Source: Glycera tridactyla
Lineage: Eukaryota
Direction of reading: 5' to 3'
Length of the DNA stretch: 64,000 bases
Assembly: GCA_965644265.1 (NCBI GenBank)
Contig: OZ286466.1
Coordinates: forward strand, 16,988,001-17,052,000
Both the position numbers and the translations under genes were made by a program. Below the pieces are notes generated by a model. The model saw only the letters and a list, made by a program, of their open reading frames with translations, was not told where the DNA came from and ran no database searches. Position 1 is the first letter of the stretch; every line of letters begins with the position of its first letter. Below are positions 1 to 12,859 of this stretch, in pieces.

Positions 1-1732
1 CTGTCACGAACGTTTCAATGATTTGGGCTAGGTGGCACTCTCATCTAGACAGAATTTGTCGAAAGCAACTTTTGTATCTAGAAGGCAAATTGATAGCTGA
101 TAAAGCACTGAGATCTGGTCTGGTATTTGTGTCGATAAACGTCCAAGGCTTTTTTCTGAGTAGTGTCATTGCCCACCCTAAATCGTCTCCTTTTTTTGCA
201 ATCATATTAGCCTCGAAAGATCCCAGAGCAGCATCACCAAGATGGATAAGTTTATGTTCATCTGACATTGCTTCTATGCCACATATATGAAATATATTCC
301 AGAGTTGTTTCTCATCAGGCTAGATGAATTAATCATGCATAGATATACGGGAGATCAGCATCTCTATCTAGGTCAGGTCAGGCGAGCTCACATTAATCTG
401 CCTCTCGCAGCTCATGCCTATAAGAGGTAGATAACTCTCCACTGCCATGATTACTATTCTATACACTCTAGGTACAGATAATTGGAGGAAGTTAGACTGC
501 ATCTCCAACATCTAGGGAACCCCATACATTTAGCTGCATTCTTTGTCTTGATCTTCTTGTTGATATTCATATCAGCAATGACAGGCTTACTGTCAGAAGG
601 ATGGCATCTCTCGGAGGAGCCTCGTCAAAACTCATTCAACAAAATGGGGACAACATCAGAGTAGTCTTCCAAGAATTCCAATCCATATGAAAAGTATTTT
701 GCAAATATTGGGCTCATTACTATCTTTATGCAGGTCACGGTGGTGGCGAGGAGTGGGAAGCTTCGCGAGTACATTCCTTGCTGGCCTATTCAAGCTGGAG
801 CCCTTTTCAACTCCCTGAGGAGTATACTACCATGAACACAGAATCAACTACATGGATTAGGAGCTATATAATCACCAACATGATCTATAGCCAAGTGGAT
901 CTCCCTTAATGAGAGTGAGAAGTGCTGATCAGGTAAATATCTGTAATGGTGCAGGTTCAGTCTTATCTTATCTTAGTCATCCATCCAAGCAGGAGCGCTT
1001 TTTATCGCTGTGAACAATGCTGTCTGATTGAGAACCTGAATAACTGCAGCTAACTTGCCCCCCCCCCCCCCCTCACCCCGAGTTATCTGCAGTCACCTCA
1101 GATGTAGGGTTCTGATTGGTTCAAATATCCTCGGCCTTTGGTCACTCATAATTTCTATCCAACTGATCTCTTTGTCAACAGTTTCACCTGGTTATGATAC
1201 ACTCTACTGGAGAATCTTCATTATGGACCTTCACAAGATATTCATGAGTGATTATTCAACGTCTCATATCATGAGCATCAGATCAGCTATATCAAGACGC
1301 CAATGCAAATGACACGGGTAGTATAGGGAGACAAAATATGGAATTCGAACTACTGCAAGGTGTCATATCAGGTCCTTCACGAGATATGTTTGATAGATTT
1401 GATGAATAAAGTTTGACATCAGTAATCCAAAAATCCTGTTCATGAGCAAATATCAGATCTGACAGACAAATAAAAGCAATCATACTCGGTGGATTTCAAC
1501 GAGACCTCATGAATGTGTGGAGATCTGGTTCCGTTAATATTTACCTGTACGTCTCAGAGAAATATGAATGCTGTGGTTTCACGGTCTACGACAGCAAAAA
1601 ATCTGTCCCTGCCAGCTTCACTCACACGAACCCTGATCAGAAGATGACGAGGAGCCAGAATGATTGTCAAGTGGAGGTAGAGGAAGTATAAGTACTTCAG
1701 CATTTAGTATCCAATATCTAGTGTCATGCATA

Positions 1733-2236
1733 AACAAGAGCGCCCAGGGGCGCCAAGAGATCTCCGAAATAGACACAGAGAGAGGGAGAGAGAGAGAGAG
1801 AAAAATAGAGATGACGACGACGACACCAGCAATGGCAACAGCACCTTCATATCCACCACAACCACCACCACCACCACCACCACCACCACCACCACAATCA
1901 CCATGCAAGATCACCACCACCACCATCACCACCACCTTCATACCCACCACCACCACCACCTTCATACCCACCACCACCGCCACCACCACCACCTTCATAC
2001 CCACCATCACTACTACCACAACAACCACCACCACCTCACTGATGATGATAATGACGAGAGAGAGAGAGAGAGAGAGAGGGGGGAGGAAACAGACACAGAG
2101 AAAAAGACGGATGGGTGGGGGTATTGACGAGCCCTCCTTCAGGAATATGGGGCAGTGTGTCATGAGCAAGCCCCCCGTGGATTTGTCTTGTACCATTATG
2201 GCCACATTTCATCACAAACATAAGCGTCCGCCGTCA

Positions 2237-2271
<35 letters not shown>

Positions 2272-2845
2272 TTCTCTCTCTCTCTCTCTCTTGATTCCTC
2301 GACATCCATTTGTTTTACCTCCATGTATAAATATCGAAAAATCTGTGTTTTGGTTGATATGATAGTTCGTAGGGGAGTAGAATAGTGCTTGTTCTTCGCT
2401 TCTCATTACCAGGTTTCATGGATCAATGCGCCGATTCATGAATGAAGTTGTAGATAGTGTGTGTAAAACCAGCCAATCAAAAATCAGGACTAACATGTCA
2501 ACATCGAAGTGGGCGTGCCCAAAGAGCTTGATTGACAGGCATTCACTATTTGTGCGTAGCTATACATCCCTGAGCCGTCGTATCTGTGTACTTCGGTAAT
2601 CGGCAACAAAAACGAAGGTATGGCGAAATGTCCATTACGTAATCACTGCATTTCCTCAAATTGTAGTTAATCAGATCGATAAATCATCTTGAAATTGTGT
2701 CAGATAAGATCATTCGATCCTTTTACACAGATCCAATCAAGATTTGTTTGATTATATCAGCCTCCAGAGTCCGAATCGGCGAGGTTAGAAAGCATTTCGA
2801 GCAGAGAGGTGGTAACATAGTGATCTCCAACGGAGATCACAAAAA
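1733..2845 (-). mobile_element. Helentron-associated non-autonomous element (HINE/DINE-1-like) with internal microsatellites
   Basis: On the + strand one end is AACAAGAG, hairpin GCGCCC-AG-GGGCGC (1740-1753) and subTIR GAGATCTCC (1757-1765). The other end is hairpin GTGATCTCC-AAC-GGAGATCAC (2820-2840) followed by A5. Internal (GA)n, (CAC)n and (TCTG)n tracts. The paralogous site at 28812-28823 is an uninterrupted A-run, so insertion was at AA/TT without a TSD. Confidence 0.75.
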
Positions 2846-4022
2846 GAAGACTATTTGTAAAGCTCAGTCGACCTCGTATCGCGTTCTTGTCTGTTCTGAG
2901 CAATAACTGGGGAGTACACCACCGAAGCACGTGATTCATCAGCAAAATCTGCAGTCCAGCCTGATATACATGGGAGTTCTCTTCACCTATCTATACAATT
3001 GATCGCACTGATATATGAATAACAGTGTAGCCATGTGATTGCTACCCTGATATCGACCCACAGTTATCACGCAAGCAATGATAACGCTTATTGGCATGGC
3101 ATCCTCCTGTCACACATCCATTCTGTTACCACTATCACTGATATTATTACCAATGAAGTTTGTGTTTTTCTGTAGCATAAATGTCACCCATGCTGCTCCA
3201 AGATTTCCATTTCAGGCCCGGATACAGACAGATGCACTTGATCATTGGCTGGGTACCAGACTTGGAAGAGTATGACGACTTGGGACATTTAGTTTTATCT
3301 CAGCATCTCACAATTTATCTGACCTATGTTCCATCAACCCAGTTATCTAGCCTACATTTCCACAGCATTATCCACTCACATGATCAGCTGGTCACTTAGT
3401 CCTACAGTCCTTGTCCGTCTGTCAGTCTGTCTGTACGTCCGTCCTTCACTGTGTATCCGTCCATCTGTCCGTCTCAGTCCGTTCGCTTGTCAGTCCATAG
3501 ATATTCATATGTCTGCTCGTTCATACATCTGTCTCTACATCCATCCATCTGTGTGTCTGTATGTCTCCCTGTTCATCTGTCTCTTTTTCTTTCAGGATCA
3601 CTGTCTCTTTCTATCCGCCTCTCACATCTCTCTCTCTATATATATATTTATATATATCTATTTATCTTTTGCATCTGTGTGTGTTCCTATTTACCTGTTT
3701 GGCTGTCTATCTGCCTGTTTGCTGAACTGTCTGTGAGCATGCCTGTCTGTCAGGCCTTGGTTTGTGGGATGCTAGCCGACAAAATATCATCTGATTTGAC
3801 AAAGTCGATAACGCCTAGTGTGCAAATGTCACTAACTGAGTTGAGCTGTCAGAGCTTGTCAGATCAGAACTCATCCATAGAAGCCTTACAATCTCATGAG
3901 TGAGTAAGACTGAGAGAAGCCGCATGCAGAAGTGATTCGGTAGATACATGTAGTATGCAGAGCTGATGGTCTACATGAGTGCAACTGATAAGGTGTCAGA
4001 TGCTGAGGGTCGCGTTTTAGCG

Positions 4023-4830
4023 ATGAAGGATCATGATGAGCCTTTTTGTATAGCATATGATGATAAGGGATGCTTCATACCGATGGGATATGATGATAAG
4101 GGCCTTGCATAGCAATGGAGTGTCATGTTGGAAATTGCTTCAGAGCAGTGAAGTACCATGATGAGGTCTGGTCCATAGCAATGATTTGTTATGATAGGCC
4201 TTCCTCCATAGAAATGGTTGCTCATGATAGGACTTCTTCTATAGTAATGGTTGGTCATGATAGGGCTTCCTTCATAGCAATGAATGGTCATGATAGGACG
4301 TCCTTTATAGCAATGATTGGTCATGATAAGCCTTCATTCATGACAATGTTTGGTCATGAAAGGACTTCCTTTATAACAATGATTGGTCATGATAGGACTT
4401 ACTTTATAGCAATGATTGGTCATGATAGGACTTCCTTTTATAGTGGTGATTGGATATGATAGGACTTCCTTCAAAACAATGATTGCTCGTGATAGGACTT
4501 CCTCTATAGCACTGATTGGTCATGATGAGAGCTGCTTCATATCAATGACCTGTCGTTACATGAGTTAATTCATGATGACAATTGCATCAAGGCAAATGAG
4601 TGTAGTGATGAGAGCTATATTGTAGCGACGAAGTGTCACGAAGAGAGTTACTCAATAGCAAAGAAGAGTGGTGTAAAGAATTGCTCAAAAGTAATGAAGT
4701 GCCACAATGAGGGTTACTCAATAGCATTGAAGTGTCACGATGGAAATTGCTCAAAAGCAAAAAAGCATCACGAATAGAGCTGCTCAATAGTGATGAAGAG
4801 TCATGATAGGAGCTGCTCAATAACATCGAA
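4023..4830 (+). repeat. 33-bp minisatellite, about 24 drifting units, possibly a decayed coding repeat (11-aa unit xxxHDxxxxIA)
   Basis: Units such as ATGATTGGTCATGATAGGACTTCCTTTATAGCA grade into ATGAAGAGTCATGATAGGAGCTGCTCAATAACA. ORFs 4115-4459(+), 4031-4324(-) and 4587-4943(-) all show an 11-residue period. Confidence 0.85.
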
Positions 4831-7499
4831 TCCCGGATGCTCACGGTATTCAAATAAAACAAAGTGTCGCGAAAAGTGTGGCTCAAAAAATGAAGTGTCA
4901 TAAAGCAATATATCATTGATAGATGTGCCCTGTACTGAGCCAAAATGTGTGTATGCCCTCATCCCTATTCCATGATCAAGGTTGGAACAGAGAATGGATC
5001 CAGAACACATGGAATCGGGCCTATGGGTATTCTGTCTGGTCATACCGTTCATTCTTCATCTTTTTGGTGCCCCTCCTGAGCAACTTCTGCATACGTTCCA
5101 GCCAGTATCTCTCGTAAAATACTGAGCAAACAAGACTGAATATTTCACTGCCATCATCGATAGACATATCTCAAGATCAGATTTCGGATGTATGAGCACT
5201 GACCCCTGTAGCTTGTGGAAACGTATCCTACACATGACCTGTACTATCTGCTTTTAGAGACTGGGGGTTCGGGATCAATTCTAGTGGGTGATCCGCTAAC
5301 AGGTGACACTGTCTACCAGTGTATTGAGGACAACTCGTAGTCCAGGTTGACCGATTGTTATAATTTTTTCACAACACAGTACAGAAAAATGCAAGGAGGC
5401 TGTTGATCCAACATCATCTATAGACAACCTCACAGCTTGACTGTCCAGACAGATCTGCTTCTCAATTCTCCATCAAAACCATCGTAGAATTTCGTCAGAC
5501 AAATGGGGTTCCCTACCAGGCTGCCGCTATGGCTCCTGGCAACATATTTGCCTAGCAACCGCTAGCATCTCCCTCCCAGCGGTGCTATATTAAGTGATTA
5601 CAAATACCAGCTACACCAATACCCCTCCTCAGCATACACACACATGCAAGCACAAAAGAGGAGGTTCAAAAGTCAATCACAGGCAGAGGGTTGCGCCTTA
5701 ACAGGATCAGAACTGTCCGCATGATTACAGATACAGATACAGATACAGATACAGATACAAGTAGCTCACAGATCAGAACCTTCAGGCTCTGGCAGATGTG
5801 CTGGACTGAGATCAGTCAAAATAGTTGAACAAACAAAAAACATGATGTTGCTATTGCTAGATTGAGTATTCATAGCCCACGCTCTCCACAAGCGGTGGTG
5901 GCGGTTATCACTGTCAGTCCTGTGCTAAGCGGGGGCATTGAAAACATCTTAATTTTAGATGTTTCAATAAAGCCAATATCACATGGTAGTAATTTCTCGT
6001 TGAGAGATACCTCTTGCAAAGATAAAGAAGACAAACTGAAGTCATAGTACATCGAATAAAAATTCAATCATGTCGGATGGATATTCATCATTCGCTCACA
6101 TTCATCTGATCAATTGAAGAATATTCCATCCGTGGAAAACAGAATCATTGAATATCGACTGATAACGTCCTTATCAACTCTTCTAGATGAAACTCATTGT
6201 TCAGTTTCCACGAGTGTGTGTATTAATGAGACGAGCATAAGTACGCAAAGATGAGAAAGACTGTATGAGAGTGGGCGGGCATGGGATCACATGAGCGATG
6301 ATCAGTGTATATACTTGATTGGCCTTGATTTTTTTTCTCATCTGTCTCTCCAAATAGAACAACTTAAAATATATGTACTGTAAGACCTGATTGTTTTAAT
6401 TTGTATGCATAAGCGAGTAATACGACCCCTCGGGGTCACTTGTAAATGTTTTCTGATCTTATGCAGTAAACTATTCTTATTCTTATTCTTATTGTCACGA
6501 TGATATCAGAGAGACATCGATCCACATCTACAAATCTATCTATTTATCGATCGACATCTACAAACGTATCCATTTATCGATCCACATATACATCTATCCA
6601 TCTATCCACTCTATCCATCCACTGGTTTACGTGAGCCGTCAATATCAGGATCATTCTTGAACTGGTCAACTGACCAATGTATGTATCAGTGCATGACATT
6701 GCATGGTGATACATTCTTCTATTTCACCATACCTTCCAGAATAAGTCTGGCTTCGGGAAGCAGTCTCTAGCCGGTACAAGTCTTGTCAGAGTGAAAGGGT
6801 TCAATATACATGTATATAAGTATGCCACAGGAGCAACTGAGCTTCCCATGCCCAGGAGATTCAAACTGTCACATACTGGTGCCCTGAATTGGTGGAAAGT
6901 GTGCCAGGTTACATGTATCTATGTGTTTTGGATCTGTTACCAGACAGGTGGCTAGGAGAGTGGTGAGAAGTGCCTGCTCCCATCCTTTCCTAAATGTTTC
7001 ATATATGTATACTCGTTTATTCATCTTTCTATCTGAATGAACGACTCTTCTCTCGGCTCTATTTTTCGTCTCCTGCCTATTCGTCCATCTATCCATGAGG
7101 CTGCTCCTGCTACTAGACTGGATTCATCAGACATTATTGGGTCGAGTCCAACATGTAAAAATCGTTGCTGGTTAAGTAGTCTGCAAAATGTCAAACCCAA
7201 CATCACATCAGACCTGTGTTGAGAATTGCGTATGGCAGGAAACGTTTGTCTACAAGAGTATCCTGCTTATTCATGAGATGCTGCACACTATGGCATGAAA
7301 GTATATCAAGGAGCGTGAGTTCACGATCCTGTCAAGCCAGTATCTTGGAATTACCTCCAAACTCTCACCTCAGCCTATATGGGTACCACGTGTCAAAATT
7401 TTCTATCATCTATCTTTAGGCATTTTCTACCAAAATTGCACTATCACCAGATTTCTTTTTCTTGACCTCTTTCCTATCCCTCTAAGCTATTTCTTATTT

Positions 7500-8000
7500 C
7501 TTCAGTGAAACGGTCTCAGGTGTAGGTAGCTGATGGTTTGCCTGTAGCAAATATTGTCACTATGCAAAACGCGGGTACCAGGCACACCAGTTCTGGGTTA
7601 CTAGGGCTGCGACTAGGTTTACTAGGTTGTGTGATGGCATTGTACTGCAAGCATAGGGCAAGCCATGATTGTAAAGCTGGTTTGAAGTTGACAGTTCGTA
7701 ATTGAAGACATTGTTTGAGTATTCTCCGGACCAATGCTTTTCCATGTTTCAAGTACTTCGCTTTGCGTAAAAAGAAGCATAACTATCAGGCTTGAGTGTT
7801 AGCTTCCAGCCAGTTACATAGTTAGATATGCCATCATCAGGTTCAATATGTCTTTTTTGTAGAGTTAGAGTTGGTAGGGGTGTGTCTGAACCATCAGCTA
7901 CTTCCACTTGACAACCTTTCAGGGAGTTCCCCATCATCTTGTGTTCAGGGTTTGTGAGAGTGATTTCTGCAGAGGAGAGACCATCTAACTTTCATTAACC
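7500..8000 (-). pseudogene. Decayed coding fragment of an unidentified multi-copy gene family (KLDGLSSAEITLTNPEH...CQVEVAD...GWKLT...MPSH...LVAALV)
   Basis: About 145 codons in one frame with a single internal stop (ORFs 7749-7937 and 7560-7745 are in frame). Homologous pieces at 12860-13050(-), 33210-33460(+), 46810(+) and 47294(+) differ often at synonymous positions. Confidence 0.55.
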
Positions 8001-8150
8001 AGGAACACACGGCATACATAATCCTGTGGGTTGATACATGCCGTTAAGAAACCCTGACGGATGTCAAGTCTCCAAGGAGGCATATGAATGAACTAATGAC
8101 AGTTTCTTCAGTGAGATGGACAGGGGTTCAGAATCAACTCCATGTGCTGA

Positions 8151-8342
8151 GCATTCTGAAATCACCATCACTACCAATAGCCAAATATTCTTTCACACCT
8201 GGGTGGTGTGGATTGTGGAGTAGAAAATTACCACTCTGTTACCTACACGCAGAGGTTCTTGTTTGTGGGAAGCGCAGATCATACAGATCTGTGAATTGGT
8301 GCAGATTCGGCCTCGAATGGTAAACTCCATGTATGGTCACCA
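8151..8342 (-). mobile_element. SINE fragment, same family as 39900-40306
   Basis: Reverse complement contains GTGACC..., CTGCACCAATTCACAGATCTGTATGATCTG and CCACACCACCCAGGTGTGAA, matching the 39.9-40.1 kb copy. Confidence 0.6.
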
Positions 8343-9724
8343 TGTTATTCACTTGAGAACAAGTGACCATACCTGACTTGATCCCCTATAATACCTTCTT
8401 ACTTATGTATATTGAATGCAAAGTCCAGCACAAAAAATTCAACTCAAGGCTCATCTCATCGGGATAAATTGTTTACTGTTGACTTTTCGTTACACATTGC
8501 GCATTGGGCACAATGTTGTTCATGTTTTATTTTTCTCCATACAGACTCTAGTGATTGATTATCAGAATAAGTACTTGTGGTATTACCCATTTACTTATCT
8601 ATAGATTATGCCTGCTACTCTACTTCCACAGAATGAGGAATACTAGATACTTATCATAAAGAATGGGCGCCGAAGGCAGAATTTTGATGCTGAATATGGT
8701 ATTATTGTTGCGAGGCTGCCCTGTATCAATCAACGGGAAGAGGGTGAAGCAGGACTCTGAACCATATCGTTTATTTGTTTGTTCCATGAGCAGGATTTAG
8801 ACTATATTGAGACGCCTATGCAATGAACATGTGTGGGATCATCAACGACTCCTTCAGGATTCCCAATGGAAGGTGACAGAAACTCACATTGATCTTGTAA
8901 AATTGTTCGAATATATTTGTGATTCCACTACATATGCTCAGCATGACATGATCAAATTTATTGAAATGATCCTGGGCTTTATTCCGTTCAGCAAGTGTTA
9001 ACAGAATTCTAGGAAACCATTCACTTTTTGGCTAGTCAGGGATTTCCACTAGACAAAAGCATTACATAAGACAGCTGGTATATGTCAGCAACTTAATGGT
9101 CTGTGGTAACTCTAACTCAAGCAGTTAGACATGGTAAGTTCTTGCATCTTTTATACACAACTGGCTCTCACAGGAAGTGATGGCCATAATTTACTGGACG
9201 TCCTATTGTTCTTTGTAACTGAGCTCCTATTGTGTCCACGAATCATTTCTCTCCAGAAATGTGAGACAAAGCTGGTTTTTCACCCGAATGTGAATAGGGT
9301 GGGTTTGTGAGTAGGGACGAGCATGAAATGAATTCTTTGAATAAGACTACTGAGGACTAGCTGTGACCGACAATGAGGTAAAGCAATTAGCCTGTGAATA
9401 ACTCAATAACACAGAACAGGAAACTTGTTTCTTTTCGACGGGAAGTGAATCTTCATACTCTGCATTGTGTTGTTCTTACAATATGCGAGCCAGTTTAGTC
9501 ATCCAAACCTTGATGGATTGAAGGAGACAGCTGCAGCTGTCGAATGGGGGCAAGCAACCTTGTCTATCTTATTCAGTGAGTTATTCTCGTCCTCATCCTC
9601 CTGGGAGACCTGGGTCCAGATACTGGCCCACATATCTAATTGAATTGACTAGAAGATTGAGGAGCTGTGGGTATGTATACACATTATATATCGCAATGAG
9701 CATGATGAGATGTGTAGTAATATA

Positions 9725-10060
9725 AGCTCTTACATATCATTTCCTGTCAGTCTGCCTGACCATCTGTCTGTCTGGCTCTATGCCTGACGATCTGTCTGTC
9801 TCTATACCTGACCATCTGTCTGTCTGTCTCTATGCCAGACCATCTGTCTCTTTGTATGCCTGTCAGTCTTTTCGTCCATTTGTGTGCCTATCGATTGGCC
9901 TGTCTGACTGTCAATCTGTCTGTCTGTTCGTCTGTCTGTCTGTCTGCCTGTCTGTCTGTCTGTCTTTCTGCCTGTCTGTATATCTGTCTTATCTGTATGC
10001 CTATCCATCGGTCTGACTGTCTGTCTGTCTGTCAATCTGTCAGTCTGTCTGTTCTGTTCT
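9725..10060. repeat. Degenerate (TCTG)n microsatellite
   Basis: Direct inspection. Confidence 0.9.
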
Positions 10061-10444
10061 CTCTGCCAAGCTGTCTCGCCACACGTCCATCTCTCCATTT
10101 TTTCATTCATGCTTTTTTCCCGCCAACCATTGTTGCTGTCATTTTCGTCATCGTTGTGCTTTTTGATGATGCTGTTGCCATCATCATTTCAATTATCCTT
10201 CTCATCGATTTTGCTCGACTAAAGGTCAACCTTTTTGTCATGCAGAACAGAGAACATTCTCATTTGGCCAATTACTGAGTGCGTTCATCCTCATATAGCA
10301 AGTCAGGCAAACGATATCTTCAGATTTTCTTCCCATCATAAGTTATCTGAGCTCGACAGGAGTGTGAAACAAAAAGTGTGATGGATATACTTCGACCCCC
10401 CAAAAGGTGACACATTCAAGTGCAATGACATATTGTTTTTCACT

Positions 10445-10797
10445 ATCATCTCATCGTCCTTGCACGTGTCCTCGTCACCGTCATAATCATCATACTCATC
10501 CTCATCCTCATTCCCATTCTCACGCTCATCCTAATCTTCATTCTCATTCTCCTCCTCATCCTCATCCTCATTGCCATCCTCATCCTCATTGCCATCCTCA
10601 TCCTCTTCTTCATCCTCATCCTCATCCTCATCCTCATCCTCATTCCCATCCTCATCTTCATTCCATCCTCATCCCTGTCCTCATCCTCATCCTCGTCCTC
10701 ATCCTCATCCTCATCCTCATCCTCATCCTCGTCCTCATCCTCGTCCTCATCCTCATCCTCATAATCATCCTCATGATCATTCCCATCCTCATCCTCA
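10445..10797. repeat. (CATCCT)n microsatellite running into an assembly gap
   Basis: Direct inspection; source of the poly-HP/poly-IL/poly-MR ORFs. Confidence 0.95.
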
Positions 10798-10937
10798 NNN
10801 NNNNNNNNNNNNNNNNNNNNNNNNNNNNNNNNNNNNNNNNNNNNNNNNNNNNNNNNNNNNNNNNNNNNNNNNNNNNNNNNNNNNNNNNNNNNNNNNNNNN
10901 NNNNNNNNNNNNNNNNNNNNNNNNNNNNNNNNNNNNN
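10798..10937. other. Assembly gap (other N runs: 13684-13842, 14399-14544, 16166-16299, 21253-21413, 31622-31750)
   Basis: Runs of 129-161 N, mostly abutting simple or low-complexity repeats. Confidence 1.
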
Positions 10938-11491
10938 GACATCAGCATAGCATCAACAGCAGCCGCCGAAATAGCAGGAGCAATAGCTGATGAAAGTGAA
11001 GGACGGCTAGTCATCATTAACCTGAAATATATCTCGGCCCTCTTGATGTCCCGTGAGTCCCGTGTGACCCGAGGTATTTTGACACGCAAAAGGAAATGAA
11101 CAGGGCCCCTGTGTGGCCCCACACATTATAAGAGGCGACAGAGTGGAAATCCAGCGCATGCCGACTGAAATATCATATGCCGGCCATGTGTATGGGATAT
11201 TATTCTCATATGAACAGAACCACCGCAACGACACTAGATAGCAGTAGCAACCACCTAGGTCATAGCGAGATAAACAGCTGGCCAAGAATAGTGCAGTGGA
11301 TGAACACTGTCGTAGTAGATGAAAGTTATGGGATCAGGGATGCCGTAGTTGGTGATTGGGAAGGATATCCGGATAAATGTTAGTGTCTGTTCATGACTCC
11401 TGGGAGGGGTGGTGGTTGCTCATAAAAAACACCCAGTGATTCACTTGATTAGATGACAAGATTGACACGGATTTCAGTGTGTCCAATCTAT

Positions 11492-11905
11492 GGACAGCAT
11501 ATATAACATGAGTGACTTGAACACTAGTATGGCTGATCTATGAAGAGCAGTCCTATCATGAGTGACATGAACGTGGAGGGGACTAATCGAAGGATGGCAG
11601 ACATGATATGAGTGAAATGAATACTGGGTGACGAATATGAAGATAGCAAACAAGACATGAGTGGCATGAATACTGGGTGACGAATATAAGGATAGCAGAC
11701 ATGATATGAGGGACATCAATACAGAGTGACGAATCTAAGGATAGCAGACATGATATGAAAGACATGAATACTGGGTGACGAATATAAGGATAGCGAACAA
11801 GACATGAGTGACATGAATAATGGGTGATGAGTATCGGGATAGCAGATGTGACATGCCTTGGGGACTGATCTAAGGATAGCAGACATGGCATGAGTGACAT
11901 GAATG
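11492..11905. repeat. 49-bp minisatellite with 3-unit higher-order structure
   Basis: Unit GATAGCAGACATGATATGAGTGACATGAATACTGGGTGACGAATATAAG, about 8 copies; the AACAAGACATG variant recurs at a three-unit interval. Confidence 0.85.
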
Positions 11906-12859
11906 AATATGCTCATATACTAAATATGTTCCATTCAATGGAGATCACGCATGACGAAAATCTCATGAATACAATTGTGTCCAATATATGGCCGTCTCAC
12001 GTTGAGAGATACCCGAGTAAACAGAGTGCCTAATCAACAGGTAACAGACATCGCATGAGCTATATGAGTTTCAGTGTGACAGTCTCAAAGAAAACAACCA
12101 TGACAAGGATGATATGTATGCCAATCTGTCCAATATGAGGAGAGGAGAAAGTAGACCTTATTTTTGGCAGAGAGGTTGGAATCTGCGCCTAAAATACCAT
12201 CTATCACCTGAGATTTAGTGAATCGTCAGATTTCTTCATCCAAGGATGTGCTGGCATGCACATCTAACTCCCTGTCAGCTACGATGCATACCTATGTGAC
12301 AGACAGGAGCATTGAGGCCGATCAGTGTAGTGGGATGGTCCTCGTTGGACCTAGATGTGGAATTGCAGCTACTGTGGCTAGTTCTGCGGTGGGTGACAAT
12401 CAGATAGGTGAGAGGTTGTCATACTAGTGTTCAATGTCAAAGGTCACAGATCTAAAAACAAGGGACAAGGCATTTGTGACACATTAACGGAGCTGGATGA
12501 TTGCGTGAGTGCCTTGCTGGGATTCGAGATCAATGATCTCAGATGAAGGTGCTAAGATAACTTGAGAATTATTTTCCATCACAACTAGAGAGGCTCGTGT
12601 TCTACTAGTATTAGAACTTTACACACGGGTGAGACCTTTGATGCTTCGATATCGCTGCTAGCTGGATAAACATTCATCGGTCCAAACAGTCACAGAAACA
12701 AGCAAATAAGAGTGAAGCGAACCATCCGATTCCTTGGTCATCATCATAGAAGCATTCTCGCACACCATATATGCAACGACTGGCGCTACCCACTTTCTCA
12801 AGACCTGTGGGTAGCGACCCCTTCATAAAAAAGACCACCAAACAACAAAGCGGGCGCTG

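Larger units (their letters stand above)
1..8121. repeat. Segmental duplication, copy 1 (direct repeat of 27048-30440), interrupted by three blocks absent from copy 2; left end runs off the window
   Basis: Collinear matches: 1-1732 = 27048-28817, 2846-3590 = 28818-29660, 6890-7360 = 29760-30270, 8040-8121 = 30340-30436. Roughly 85-95% identity by eye. Confidence 0.9.

Noticed and set aside
1618-2362. Long ORFs rich in poly-His, poly-Thr, poly-Val (likewise 10407-11122, 18938-19511, 21000-21779, 31421-31822, 57908-58531, 60713-61194)
   Set aside because: They are translations of stop-free microsatellites, some spanning N gaps; there is no domain content.
5260-5285. GGTTCGGGATCAATTC resembling a Pol III B-box
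   Set aside because: No A-box or cloverleaf; no tRNA or rRNA gene is supportable anywhere in the window.
12392-12403. GDNQ peptide resembling motif C of Mononegavirales L polymerase
   Set aside because: Isolated 4-mer in a 69-aa ORF with no motif A, B or D context; expected by chance.
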